Shown piece by piece: positions 30,276 to 40,921 of a DNA stretch of 64,000 bases. This stretch comes from a virus (Duplodnaviria; Caudoviricetes): positions 32,001 to 96,000 of the IMG/VR virus record IMGVR_UViG_3300028603_000002; one strand, 5' to 3'. Position 1 is the first letter of the stretch. Each line of letters starts with the position of its first letter. The position numbers were made by a program, and so were the translations under genes. A model generated the notes under the pieces. That model had not been told where the DNA came from and searched no databases. It worked only from the letters and a program-made list of their open reading frames with translations.

Positions 30276-31743
30276 GGTCAACAGAGATAGACCAAAAAAG
30301 AAAAAAATACTATTATTAAGCGATGACTTAACAATGCATTCTGGCATTGCTACAATGTCAAAAGAATTTGTAATAGGTACAGCCGAACATTATGATTGGG
30401 TTCAGATAGCAGCAGGAATAGATCATCCTAAACACGGGCAATTTGAAGATTTTTCAAATAGTATAAATGAATTATTAGGAATTGATCATTCATATGTAAA
30501 ATTGTATTATCACAATGGATATGGCAATCCTCCTGTATTGCGTGAAATAATTGCATTAGAGAAACCAGATTTAATTTTACATTTTACAGACCCTAGATTC
30601 TGGGGGTGGTTGTATTCAATTGAAGATGAGATTAGGAAGTATTATAAGATACCAATTGCTTATTATAATATTTGGGATGCACCACCAGCTCCATTATGGA
30701 ACTATCCATTCTATAAGTCATGTGATTTAATAATGAATATTAGTAAACAAACACATGCACTAACAAAGATAGTTCTTAGGGATGAATATGCTGATTTAGA
30801 TGAAGGTGAAACAAAGAAAAAGAATACAGATGTTCTATTATCTTATGTTCCTCATGGGATAAATGAAAAAATGTTTTATCCTATCAATGAAGATTCAGAA
30901 GTTTATAAGGATTATTTAAAATTTAAGGAAGAATTCTATTCTAAGAATCCAAATGCTAATTTTATTGTATTTTGGAATAACAGGAATGCTGCAAGAAAAC
31001 AACCAGCGGATGTGATATTAGGATTCAAATATTTTTGTGATAAATTGTCAAAGGCAGATGCAAAGAAATGTGTATTATTAATGCATACTCAAATTATTGA
31101 TATGCACGGTACTGATTTAATGTCTATTAAACAAGATTTATGTCCTGATTATAATGTTATATTCTCAGATCATCCAGTTGATACTCATGTAATGAATTTC
31201 TTTTACAATGTATCGGATGTTACTGTCAACATTGCTAATAATGAAGGGTTTGGATTATCTGGTGCTGAATCATTAATGTCAGGAACAATGATAATTAATA
31301 ATGTTACTGGTGGATTACAGGATCAATGTGGTTTCTTAGATGAGAAACTTAACCCGATTAAAGTAACAAAAGAATTTGTATCAAATCATACTGGAAAATA
31401 TAAGAATCATGGATCGTGGGCTAGACCAATTTATCCAACATCCAGATCATTACAAGGATCTCCTCCTACACCATACATATTCAATGATAAAATTACATTT
31501 ACTGATTTAGCAGATGCTTTATTTGATGTATATGAGTACGGTCCTGAAGCTAGAAAAGTTCGTGGATTGGAAGGAAGGGAGTTTGTACTATCAAAAGAGT
31601 CGGGGATGAGTGCAACAGAAATGTGTAATAGAATGAAGAAATCAATTGATTATTTATTTGATACATGGAAACCAAATGAGAAATGGATTGTTAAACGCGC
31701 TAAGAAATATGTAGCACCAAAAAATATGGGAATAGTTATATGA
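30247..31743 (+). CDS. GT4 glycosyltransferase
   Basis: SGIAT, PHGI, NRNAARK, NEGFGLSGAESL. Confidence 0.85.
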   Translation: MEQQLPKLIKVNRDRPKKKKILLLSDDLTMHSGIATMSKEFVIGTAEHYDWVQIAAGIDHPKHGQFEDFSNSINELLGIDHSYVKLYYHNGYGNPPVLREIIALEKPDLILHFTDPRFWGWLYSIEDEIRKYYKIPIAYYNIWDAPPAPLWNYPFYKSCDLIMNISKQTHALTKIVLRDEYADLDEGETKKKNTDVLLSYVPHGINEKMFYPINEDSEVYKDYLKFKEEFYSKNPNANFIVFWNNRNAARKQPADVILGFKYFCDKLSKADAKKCVLLMHTQIIDMHGTDLMSIKQDLCPDYNVIFSDHPVDTHVMNFFYNVSDVTVNIANNEGFGLSGAESLMSGTMIINNVTGGLQDQCGFLDEKLNPIKVTKEFVSNHTGKYKNHGSWARPIYPTSRSLQGSPPTPYIFNDKITFTDLADALFDVYEYGPEARKVRGLEGREFVLSKESGMSATEMCNRMKKSIDYLFDTWKPNEKWIVKRAKKYVAPKNMGIVI

Positions 31744-33029
31744 ATATTATAGTAGCAGCACCAGTTAGGACAAGGTCAGGATACGGAGCCAGATCAAGAG
31801 ATATAGTTAAAGCATTAATTGCCAATGAAAAATATGATGTAAAAGTAATACCATTAAGATGGGGTAATACTCCCGAAACTGCATTGGATTCTAACAATGA
31901 AGAAGATCGTAAAATTTTAGATAGGTTAATTAACCCAAAAATCAATGAAAATAATAGACCTGATATTTTCATACATATTACAATACCTAATGAATTTGAA
32001 CCTGTAGGTAAGTTTAATATTGGTATAACAGCAGGTATAGAAACTACCCAATGCAAGGCAGAATGGATTGAAGGGTGTAATAAAATGGATCTTGTTTTAG
32101 TCAGTAGTAATCATTCTAAGAATGTGTTTGAATCTATTAAATACGACAAGAAAGATCAACAAGGAAATGTGTTAGGTATAGTGAAGTTAGAAAAACCAAT
32201 GGAGGTTTTATTTGAAGGAATTGATTTAGATGTTTACAATAAAAAAAATATAGTAAATATTACTAATAAATTAGAAGATATTGAAGAAGAGTTTTGTTTC
32301 TTATTTGTTGGTCATTGGTTGCAAGGAAATATAGGCGAAGACAGAAAGGATATAGGAATGTTAATTAAAACATTTTTAGAAACATTTGTTAAAAAAGCAG
32401 AACGCAATAGACCAGCATTAGTATTAAAAGTATCACATGCAGGTTTTTCAGAAACTGAATTATATGATATTGAAAAGAAAATAAATCATATTATTCTAAA
32501 TGTTGAAGCTGAGCATGGTACTAATCTACCAAGTATTTATATTGTATATGGTGATATGACTGATACAGAAATGAATTCATTATATCATCATCCTAAGATA
32601 AAGACAATGATTTCATTTTCAAAGGGAGAAGGATTCGGTAGGCCATTATTAGAATTTATGACGACTGGAAAGCCAGTTATGACTAGTAATTGGTCAGGCC
32701 CAGTAGATTTTGTTAATCCAGATTACAATATACTATTACCTGGTAGATTAACTAAGGTACCAGGAGGAGCTTCCAATGATTGGATAATAAGAGGCAGTGA
32801 ATGGTTTACAGTTGATTATAAATTTGCTTCAATGTTAATGAATAATATAATTAAAAACTATAAACAATTATCTGATATAAGTAGAAAGAATACTAAACAT
32901 GTTTCTGATAATTTTTCATTACCTTTAATGGCAGAAAAGTTATACGAGTATATAGATAAACAAAAATCACTACAACCAGAACCAATTGATAAGATGAAAA
33001 TTACGTTGCCAAAATTAACAAAAGTATGA
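31740..33029 (+). CDS. GT4 glycosyltransferase
   Basis: SGYGARSR, FLFVGHW, DRKD, KGEGFGRPLLEF. Confidence 0.85.
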   Translation: MNIIVAAPVRTRSGYGARSRDIVKALIANEKYDVKVIPLRWGNTPETALDSNNEEDRKILDRLINPKINENNRPDIFIHITIPNEFEPVGKFNIGITAGIETTQCKAEWIEGCNKMDLVLVSSNHSKNVFESIKYDKKDQQGNVLGIVKLEKPMEVLFEGIDLDVYNKKNIVNITNKLEDIEEEFCFLFVGHWLQGNIGEDRKDIGMLIKTFLETFVKKAERNRPALVLKVSHAGFSETELYDIEKKINHIILNVEAEHGTNLPSIYIVYGDMTDTEMNSLYHHPKIKTMISFSKGEGFGRPLLEFMTTGKPVMTSNWSGPVDFVNPDYNILLPGRLTKVPGGASNDWIIRGSEWFTVDYKFASMLMNNIIKNYKQLSDISRKNTKHVSDNFSLPLMAEKLYEYIDKQKSLQPEPIDKMKITLPKLTKV

Positions 33030-33526
33030 GAATACACTATGATGATTTTTCACCTATTACTGGGAATAAATGTGTTCTAAAGGAACGAACTTTATATGAG
33101 GCAAATGATCCTGGTGCATATTATGGTTTATGTATGGAGAGTGGTTATTCAACTATATATGGTCTTCATAAAGAGGGAACTAATAGTTTAGATTTTTATC
33201 TTGTTAATGTTCCGGAACGATTCAAAAAAGATGCTATAACTGATAAGAATGGCAATCGATGGCACAGGGTACCATTCTTTTCCGATAAAGCAGTATTATA
33301 CCCAGAAGGTTCTAATTGGATTATTCAGGAAATGATGGAAAAAGATTCACCTGAAATTACAGAAGAAGAAATGGGATTGACAATTAAAGTAATGAAAGAA
33401 ACTCTTGATGAATCCAATCCTGAATATGTTTTATTAGTACCGAATCCTGAAAAGAAAACTATATATGAAAAATTTGAAGAAGCACATTACGATTTCTTAA
33501 AACTTCAAAATGAAGAAAATGATTAA
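33026..33526 (+). CDS. Hypothetical protein
   Basis: ORF coupled within the glycosyltransferase cluster. Confidence 0.55.
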   Translation: MRIHYDDFSPITGNKCVLKERTLYEANDPGAYYGLCMESGYSTIYGLHKEGTNSLDFYLVNVPERFKKDAITDKNGNRWHRVPFFSDKAVLYPEGSNWIIQEMMEKDSPEITEEEMGLTIKVMKETLDESNPEYVLLVPNPEKKTIYEKFEEAHYDFLKLQNEEND

Positions 33527-34316
33527 AATAACGTATGCAGTAACAGTCTGCAATGAAGAAGAAGAATTCAGAGATTTAATGGATTGTTTATTGGAAAATA
33601 TCAATCCCACAGAATCTGAAATTTTAATTCAAATTGATTCAAGTAATACAACTGATGAAATTAGGAAATATGCTGATTTATATTTAAATTCTTTTGGGAT
33701 GGATGATAGTTATACTATTACAGTAACAGAATTTCCACTGAATAAGAATTTTGCTAACTTTAAAAATAATTTATTTGCACATGCACACGGTGAATGGATA
33801 TTTCAATTAGATGCGGATGAATTACCTCCAGAAAAAGTGTTGCAAAATATAGATGAGGTAATAAATAATGCAGATAATGAAAATATTGATTGTATAATAT
33901 TTCCAAGAATTAATATTGTGGAAGGAATTACAGAATACTTAGTTAATAAATGGAAATGGAATCTTGGAAAACTACAATTAGATGAAATGGTTGTAGAAAA
34001 AGAAGCAAGTGATATACCTCCAGAATATTATCAGACATTAGAGAAATTTAATTTTATTATAGAAACTAATGGTAATGTTGTAAAATATTACCAACCTGTA
34101 ATAAACTTTCCAGATTACCAAATGAGAATGTATAGAAATAATGGCAAGTTAAAATGGGTAGGAAAGGTACATGAGAAGATTGAAGCAATAGATGGAAGTA
34201 AAGTAGAAGCTGGAGCATTAAGTCAACAAATTGAAGTGTGTATTACACATAATAAAAATATAGACAGACAAATTAAACAGAACGATTTCTACAAACAATT
34301 GCTTGGTAATGGTTAA
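33510..34316 (+). CDS. GT2 glycosyltransferase
   Basis: AVTVCNEE, FANFKN, IFQLDADE, PDYQMR, GKVHE. Confidence 0.85.
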   Translation: MKKMIKITYAVTVCNEEEEFRDLMDCLLENINPTESEILIQIDSSNTTDEIRKYADLYLNSFGMDDSYTITVTEFPLNKNFANFKNNLFAHAHGEWIFQLDADELPPEKVLQNIDEVINNADNENIDCIIFPRINIVEGITEYLVNKWKWNLGKLQLDEMVVEKEASDIPPEYYQTLEKFNFIIETNGNVVKYYQPVINFPDYQMRMYRNNGKLKWVGKVHEKIEAIDGSKVEAGALSQQIEVCITHNKNIDRQIKQNDFYKQLLGNG

Positions 34317-35343
34317 TGTGCAGCTTGTCAATTGGAATAAGGGAAGGAATCAACCAACCTTTAGACCTTTCTTATCATTAGGACATTTATTTTCTACTTA
34401 TGGTATTAATATTGTTGATAGCAAATCTAATATCTTATGTATTGGAATGGCAGATTTTATCGACAAAAAAAAGTCATTAGAAGAATCAGTAGAATACGGG
34501 GTTAATAATATACGAAAAATACTAGACGAAAATCCACAGGCTAAAAGAGTGTTCCTTTTTGATGGGTCAGATTCTACTTCTATAATGGGAGCTTATGAAG
34601 TCTTTGAGCAAATGAGAAACGATGTTGAATTTCTCTTTAAGCCCCAAAAATTAAAAACCAAAAATTTATATTTGCCCAAATATCCTCACGGTAAATGGTT
34701 CTGGAAAAAATATGATGATGTAAAGTACAATTCATTCGGTTATGATTTATCTAATGAAATGTTTGATAGAATTAAATTAACTGGTTGGAATTTAGGATAT
34801 TATACTGATTACTTACATAATAGACTACCTATATTTGATTCCGGTGCTAAACAATATGATGTCTGTGCGGTATATCAATCAAAACATGATTATAATACTG
34901 ATTTTAATATTGAAAATTCTGACTTATATACTAAACATAGACAGGAACCTATTGAATATTTAAAGAATACTAATTTAAAGTATATAGATGGTAAATTAGC
35001 ATTTGATGAATATGTTGATTGTCTAGTTAGCAGTAGGATATGCATATCTCCATTTGGAATGGGTGAAATTTGTTTTAGAGATTTTGAATGTGTTCAATAT
35101 GGAGTTCCGTTTATTAAAATGAATATGGATAATGTAGATACATATCCGAATTTTTATACAAGTGGTATTACTTATGTTAGTTGTAATGACTGGAGTGAAT
35201 TGCCATCTACAATAGAAAAATATATGGATTCGTTAGGAAATAATTTATTAAATGAAATCACCAGGGTTACAAGAGACACATATTCAAAATTATATAATGT
35301 CGAGAATATCATACTGTATTGGAAAAAAATACTAAATATATGA
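34303..35343 (+). CDS. GT-B glycosyltransferase-like protein
   Basis: SRICISPFGMGEICFRDFE. Confidence 0.7.
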   Translation: MVMVNVQLVNWNKGRNQPTFRPFLSLGHLFSTYGINIVDSKSNILCIGMADFIDKKKSLEESVEYGVNNIRKILDENPQAKRVFLFDGSDSTSIMGAYEVFEQMRNDVEFLFKPQKLKTKNLYLPKYPHGKWFWKKYDDVKYNSFGYDLSNEMFDRIKLTGWNLGYYTDYLHNRLPIFDSGAKQYDVCAVYQSKHDYNTDFNIENSDLYTKHRQEPIEYLKNTNLKYIDGKLAFDEYVDCLVSSRICISPFGMGEICFRDFECVQYGVPFIKMNMDNVDTYPNFYTSGITYVSCNDWSELPSTIEKYMDSLGNNLLNEITRVTRDTYSKLYNVENIILYWKKILNI

Positions 35344-36137
35344 ATTATGTATTTTGGGTTGGAGTTAAATCTAAAGATTCTGTTATACGAGAGAAGCATG
35401 GGGATTTTAAATATTTGGACATATCTGAAAAATTCTGGAGAAGATGGTGTAAGAAACATAATGTTGAATTTGTTCCATATACAATAGATAATACAACTGA
35501 ATTAGATAATAATAAACATAAAGTTACTTGGACTAGATGGTTCGATATTATGGATATCTTACCTGAATCTTTAACTGGTTGGAGGTGGATAGTAGATGGT
35601 TCTTCACTTATAATCAATGATCCATTACCACCATGGGAAGTTGTTGATTTAGATGAGAATAAAGTACATGGATTCAGATCTTTAGAAAATTTAAGATGGA
35701 TTCATGAAGGAATAGCAGGATACACAAAAAAGTTATTTCCAGATCTTAAATTTGATTTTGGGAAATATATATCCTGCGGTAACCAAGTATTCACCGAAAA
35801 ACATTATTGGTTTTTAAAGGAATTGAAAAAATACTACTTTGAAAACTACGATGATATAATGTCGCTGCAACACGGAAGTGTGAAGAGAGGTACAGATCAA
35901 CCAGTATATAATTGTCTATTACAAAAATATGATAATATACACACCGCAGATCAAATACCACCAGATTATATGATAACTCATATTAACAGATTTCATTGGG
36001 ATGGCCATAATTGGCAGATAAATGATACTACACCATTCTTTATCAAGTATGGAAAAGTATTATTTTTTAGTGGATTTGTAAATAGAGGAGATAGATACCA
36101 ATTAATGGAATATGTAAATCAGAATTATAATGTCTAA
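35319..36137 (+). CDS. GT-A (GT8-like) glycosyltransferase-like protein
   Basis: W..WCKKH, YISCG, TDQPVYN; similar to the next ORF. Confidence 0.55.
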   Translation: MEKNTKYMNYVFWVGVKSKDSVIREKHGDFKYLDISEKFWRRWCKKHNVEFVPYTIDNTTELDNNKHKVTWTRWFDIMDILPESLTGWRWIVDGSSLIINDPLPPWEVVDLDENKVHGFRSLENLRWIHEGIAGYTKKLFPDLKFDFGKYISCGNQVFTEKHYWFLKELKKYYFENYDDIMSLQHGSVKRGTDQPVYNCLLQKYDNIHTADQIPPDYMITHINRFHWDGHNWQINDTTPFFIKYGKVLFFSGFVNRGDRYQLMEYVNQNYNV

Positions 36138-36897
36138 TGTGATAGTTCAAATACAAGTAAATAGGGATGATAGGGCAAAGAGTCAGAAGTATGAATACTC
36201 CCGGAAATCTTGGTCTGAATATGCGAAGAAGAATGGTTTGGAATATTTTGTATTGGAAGATGAAATTGAAGGTTGCCCATTAAAACCTCAATGGTATAAA
36301 CTATTTATTCCTAAACTATTAGATGATAATTATGCACGAATATTATATGTTGATTCAGATACAATAGTACACCCAAAGGCACCCAATATATTTGATTTAG
36401 TAGCAGATGATGAATTTGGAGTGGTGAGGAATTATGGTAGCATGGAGTGGGTATGTAGATCATGTGAATTATTTCATATAATGTTTAATGAAATAAAGGA
36501 AAGTATTTCAACTGCATTTACAACGTTACCAGGTCCACTATCACCATTTAAGTATTTTAATAGTGGTCTAATGTTATTCAACAAACAGAAATATGAAAAG
36601 GAATTTGATAGTATTATTGATTTTGTTTTTTCAGAATATCCAACACTTGATAAATATTTGAAATATTATGTGGGGAATGACCAACCAATTTTAAATTATT
36701 TCTCATATTATAGAAATTTTAAAATGAAATATTTACCTTACGAATTTAATATGCAGGATATGCATAGATTCGAGTTATTAGGTAATGATATGCTACATAC
36801 AAAAATGGGTTGGGTATATCATTTTAATGCAGGGGTGAAACCGTCACCCGGAGAATGGATGTCTGCTACGTATAAATATTTAAATTCAGAACTATGA
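36130..36897 (+). CDS. GT8-like glycosyltransferase
   Basis: LYVDSD DxD motif, YFNSGLM, DQPILNY, HF. Confidence 0.8.
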   Translation: MSNVIVQIQVNRDDRAKSQKYEYSRKSWSEYAKKNGLEYFVLEDEIEGCPLKPQWYKLFIPKLLDDNYARILYVDSDTIVHPKAPNIFDLVADDEFGVVRNYGSMEWVCRSCELFHIMFNEIKESISTAFTTLPGPLSPFKYFNSGLMLFNKQKYEKEFDSIIDFVFSEYPTLDKYLKYYVGNDQPILNYFSYYRNFKMKYLPYEFNMQDMHRFELLGNDMLHTKMGWVYHFNAGVKPSPGEWMSATYKYLNSEL

Positions 36898-37919
36898 AAA
36901 TTGTAATTGGTACAAATATAATGTTTTATGAGTATGGAATGTTAGATGATTATCTAACATCTATCAAAAATGCTATTGATACAGTTAAAGAAGAAGATGA
37001 CATTCGTGTAGAATTAGATTTCTTTATAAATTGCGATCAAACATTTGAAAAATTTGACGGTGACATTGATAAGCATTGTCTTGAAATGAAGGATAAAATT
37101 AGAGGATATTTTGATTATGCAAGAACAAAAAATTATGTAAATGGAACAATACATTCATCAGATTCAATGATATTCTACGAACCACCTCCTGTTACAATGA
37201 CATCTTATAGAAGGTGGTTAAATACTGAATATTCACATTATGATTATGTTATATGGGGAGAAACAGATTGTTTAGTACCACACGTAATATTTCATGCACT
37301 TAAACAATTAAGATTAAAAACAAATTCATTAGAAATATATAGATACATTGCTACATTTGCTACAAGAAAAATGTGGGATGAATCATGGAAACCATTAGAA
37401 TTAGATATTTTTGAAGATAAAGAATATTACGAAAGCACAGATCCAAGAAGTAAAACTGAATTGCATAGTATTAGAAGATACATGACAATAGATGAAATGA
37501 ATAAAATAAATTCAAAAGTAGAGGATCTAAAGATAAACTCTATCACTTCTCCTAAATTTGACGGTAGTATCTTAGTTATAACGGGTGATCTAATCCAAGC
37601 GGGTGCTAATATCCCTTCTGGATTTTGGGGCTTATCTGGGGAGGATACGGCGTTTATGCAGAGTTGTATGAACGTAATGAAAACTCATTACGTTCAATTT
37701 ATCTTCAAAAACATATTAAAGGTTCATAATAGAGAACATCCATTGAAGAGACAAAAGGTTTTAACAATAGATGGGGAACCGAGCACACAAGAAAATAAAG
37801 GTTCATTGTATAATAAAGTGCGTGATGTCAATAAATACAATTTGGCGACATTAACTAATCCGTCATTATTAAGAAAGAAAATGATATCATATACTGAATT
37901 TATTAAAGAAAATAATTAA
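36894..37919 (+). CDS. GT-A-like protein
   Basis: WGETD, GEDTAF; glycosyltransferase-cluster context. Confidence 0.5.
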   Translation: MKIVIGTNIMFYEYGMLDDYLTSIKNAIDTVKEEDDIRVELDFFINCDQTFEKFDGDIDKHCLEMKDKIRGYFDYARTKNYVNGTIHSSDSMIFYEPPPVTMTSYRRWLNTEYSHYDYVIWGETDCLVPHVIFHALKQLRLKTNSLEIYRYIATFATRKMWDESWKPLELDIFEDKEYYESTDPRSKTELHSIRRYMTIDEMNKINSKVEDLKINSITSPKFDGSILVITGDLIQAGANIPSGFWGLSGEDTAFMQSCMNVMKTHYVQFIFKNILKVHNREHPLKRQKVLTIDGEPSTQENKGSLYNKVRDVNKYNLATLTNPSLLRKKMISYTEFIKENN

Positions 37920-37928
37920 TTTTAATCC

Positions 37929-38612
37929 ATGGGATACATACTACCAGAAATATACAATAGCATATGTAAGTTAACCTTGCAACCAATGCCAAAGGTATTC
38001 ATTGAAACTGGGACGTTTAAGGGTGGCATACCATTTAGATGTTTGGAGGAAAAAATAGGATTGAAAGATTTTGATAAGTGGTACACAGTTGAATTAGGAG
38101 GAGAAATATGTAAAATAGCAAGTACACGATACAAAATGTTTGAAAAGTATTATAGTGGAGAAATGCCATGGCCCCACTATAAAGTATTTCACACAAATGA
38201 ACCCGATGATGATTTTGTTGGAGTAGGATCTTATTTTGAAAATAAATTAAATTTATTCCAAGGAGATAGTAAAGAAGTATTGCAAGACATATTACTTGGA
38301 GTTGATGAACCATGCTGTTTTTGGTTAGATGCTCATGCGGGGGCATCTAAATATGCTAGAGGAGAAGAAGACGTACCATTATTTGGGGAGTTAGAATGCA
38401 TAGCACATCATCATATAAAGAATCATATAATTGCAATTGATGATCCACATCTATTTGGAACTAATCAAAAAGGAATGTGTGATTATACAAATATAACATT
38501 AGAAAAGATAACAAAGATCATAAAAGATATTAATCCTGATTATGGAGTTGATATTTTTAAACCATACGGTATGGAAATGTTAATAGCAGCATTAAACTTA
38601 GAACCTCAATGA
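37929..38612 (+). CDS. Class I SAM-dependent methyltransferase-like protein
   Basis: FIETGT..G, GDS, FWLDAH, IDD. Confidence 0.7.
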   Translation: MGYILPEIYNSICKLTLQPMPKVFIETGTFKGGIPFRCLEEKIGLKDFDKWYTVELGGEICKIASTRYKMFEKYYSGEMPWPHYKVFHTNEPDDDFVGVGSYFENKLNLFQGDSKEVLQDILLGVDEPCCFWLDAHAGASKYARGEEDVPLFGELECIAHHHIKNHIIAIDDPHLFGTNQKGMCDYTNITLEKITKIIKDINPDYGVDIFKPYGMEMLIAALNLEPQ

Positions 38613-39535
38613 AAAAGATATTAGTTCTACATCAACCATTCCCAATGGGAAATTTTGGATTGAATCGATATATTGCTAATATATTAAGTGGTGATCCATA
38701 CAACTATGAAGTACACACATTACAACAATTAAATATACAATATCAATTAGAAAATCATAAAGTAATAGATAATTACGTCAAGATGATTAATGATGCTAAT
38801 TTTGATTGTATATATTATGAGATGTTAGATGCTACTACATTTGGAATTGTAAAAAGGTTGAATTGTGAAAATAGGATATTAACAGTTGCCAGCGGGGGCA
38901 TATGGGGATTTGAAAATATATTATTGAAGGCCGGTGTATACTATGATAAAATATACACGAACAGCAAAGAATTTTATAGGTCTGTGGATACTACAATTCC
39001 AAGTGGATATTTCAAATATTATCCATCAAGATTAAAGAAATTTCATACTGATAAAGTTTGGAATGACCACCGTGCGGTATTTGTAGGAATGGGTAATCAT
39101 AGAAGAATCTCCCCAGAATATAAATTGGAAAGAGATTTGTTTTTTGATAATGATATACCATTGACAATTTATGGCACTGGATGGAAAGGCCATCCAAAAT
39201 ATGCAAATCTAGTTCTATCAGATAGTAGTTTAGACAAGATATATACAGCAGCGCATTATGCAGTTGGAATGATAGCTACACAACAACGAGAACATGGAAT
39301 GATTAATAATAGGTATGTTGAAGCAATTGCATGCGGTACAAGAGTAATAACACCCAATTACGATATTGAATGGGGACCAATTGAAGAGTATTTAGATATA
39401 GTAGATACACCGGAACAAGTACAAGAAATATTAACTGAAAATATAACTGAAAAACCAACGGTAAATTCAGAAAAGTTAATTGAAGAGATTAATAATAGAT
39501 TTTTTAATACATTAGATGAACTAATTAAATTATGA
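38609..39535 (+). CDS. CgeB-like GT-B glycosyltransferase
   Basis: FVG, IYGTGW, INNRYVEAIACG. Confidence 0.7.
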   Translation: MKKILVLHQPFPMGNFGLNRYIANILSGDPYNYEVHTLQQLNIQYQLENHKVIDNYVKMINDANFDCIYYEMLDATTFGIVKRLNCENRILTVASGGIWGFENILLKAGVYYDKIYTNSKEFYRSVDTTIPSGYFKYYPSRLKKFHTDKVWNDHRAVFVGMGNHRRISPEYKLERDLFFDNDIPLTIYGTGWKGHPKYANLVLSDSSLDKIYTAAHYAVGMIATQQREHGMINNRYVEAIACGTRVITPNYDIEWGPIEEYLDIVDTPEQVQEILTENITEKPTVNSEKLIEEINNRFFNTLDELIKL

Positions 39536-40506
39536 ATGAAGACTTAGTTTTTATTGTTGAAGGAACTTCGGAATATATACATCATGTAGACAGAAAGCAT
39601 ACAAACTTAAGAACAGATTTGGCGTGGATATCTTCTATGAAAGCAAGGGTTATTAATCCACCTTTTATTAGAAAACATCTTAATGAATTTAAAGCGAAGA
39701 AAGCAATTGCTATAATACCTAAATTAAGCGCACACGATTTTATTGAATTATTAAAAGAAATTAGGCCAAATATTGGTGAATTATATATCATGCAGGAAGG
39801 TCCTAATTGGTATTGGCAGGATTGGCCTATAGAAACACAGCTTGAATACTTTCAATTTTTATGCGATCCTTATCTAAGTGATGCTATTTTAGTACACAAC
39901 CAAAATGATATATCTTACTATCGTGGATTGTTGAATAGGGACGCTATTTATACAATGCCAAGTTTAATGATAACTGATTCATTACAATTTGATATAAAAA
40001 GCAAAGAGGAGAGAGAGGGAGTTATTATAGGTGGAAATTTCGTAAGTTGGTATGGTGGGTTTGATAGTATGATGATAGCATTGCATTTAAATGATGAAGT
40101 ATATGTTCCATCAATGGGTAGAATGCAAAAGGGAGAAAGTAAAATAGGTAATTTAAAACAGATACCATATATGGAATGGAACAAATGGATGGAAGTTTTA
40201 AATACTAAAAAATATGCTGTTCATTTAATGAGAACATTCGCAGCAGGCACATTTGCATTGAATTGTGCTTATTTAGGAATACCATGTATAGGTTATGATT
40301 ATTTGGACACACAAAAATTATGCTTCCCAGAATTATCAGTTGATACAGGAGATATGCAAACAGCAAGGGAGATAGCAATAGAATTAAAAGATGATAGTTT
40401 TTATGATGAGGTATCAAAATATGCAAAACAAGCATATAAAAAATATTTTAGCGAAGAAGCATTTATTTCAAAAATGAAGTTAATTGGAATACTAGATGAA
40501 AACTGA
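39532..40506 (+). CDS. GT-B glycosyltransferase-like protein
   Basis: AAGTFALNCAYLGIPCIG. Confidence 0.65.
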   Translation: MNEDLVFIVEGTSEYIHHVDRKHTNLRTDLAWISSMKARVINPPFIRKHLNEFKAKKAIAIIPKLSAHDFIELLKEIRPNIGELYIMQEGPNWYWQDWPIETQLEYFQFLCDPYLSDAILVHNQNDISYYRGLLNRDAIYTMPSLMITDSLQFDIKSKEEREGVIIGGNFVSWYGGFDSMMIALHLNDEVYVPSMGRMQKGESKIGNLKQIPYMEWNKWMEVLNTKKYAVHLMRTFAAGTFALNCAYLGIPCIGYDYLDTQKLCFPELSVDTGDMQTAREIAIELKDDSFYDEVSKYAKQAYKKYFSEEAFISKMKLIGILDEN

Positions 40507-40921
40507 TATAGCCAAATTACACAAATTACATTTAGATAATTTAGACATTCTTAGAATATCTGGAAGAAGAATTGGTAAAACATTATATTTGGTTCATAGT
40601 ATTATAGGACATATTATGGTTACTGATAGTGAAGATGTCATTGTGGTGGTTAATTATATGCAAAGGGCGGTAGAAATATCTAGAATGATTGTAGAGGTAG
40701 CAAGAGATGAATATGGATTAGAAACGAAAATAGATTTAAAGTCAAGAAGAATCATTTTTGATGGTTGTACTAGCAGTGTAAAGATATTAACACCTGATTA
40801 TTATAATTTTTTATCACAAGCGCAGACTAATCGGCATAGTTATTTGTATATTGATTTTGGTAATGTAGTATCAATACAAACAGTTTTAGAAACATTAAAA
40901 AATGCAAAATATGAAAATTAG
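40496..40921 (+). CDS. Small protein with terminase-like Walker A
   Basis: SGRRIGKT; only 141 aa. Confidence 0.5.
   Translation: MKTDIAKLHKLHLDNLDILRISGRRIGKTLYLVHSIIGHIMVTDSEDVIVVVNYMQRAVEISRMIVEVARDEYGLETKIDLKSRRIIFDGCTSSVKILTPDYYNFLSQAQTNRHSYLYIDFGNVVSIQTVLETLKNAKYEN

Noticed and set aside
40496-40921. Terminase large subunit
   Set aside because: Only a Walker A-like motif in 141 aa; no Walker B or nuclease domain evident.
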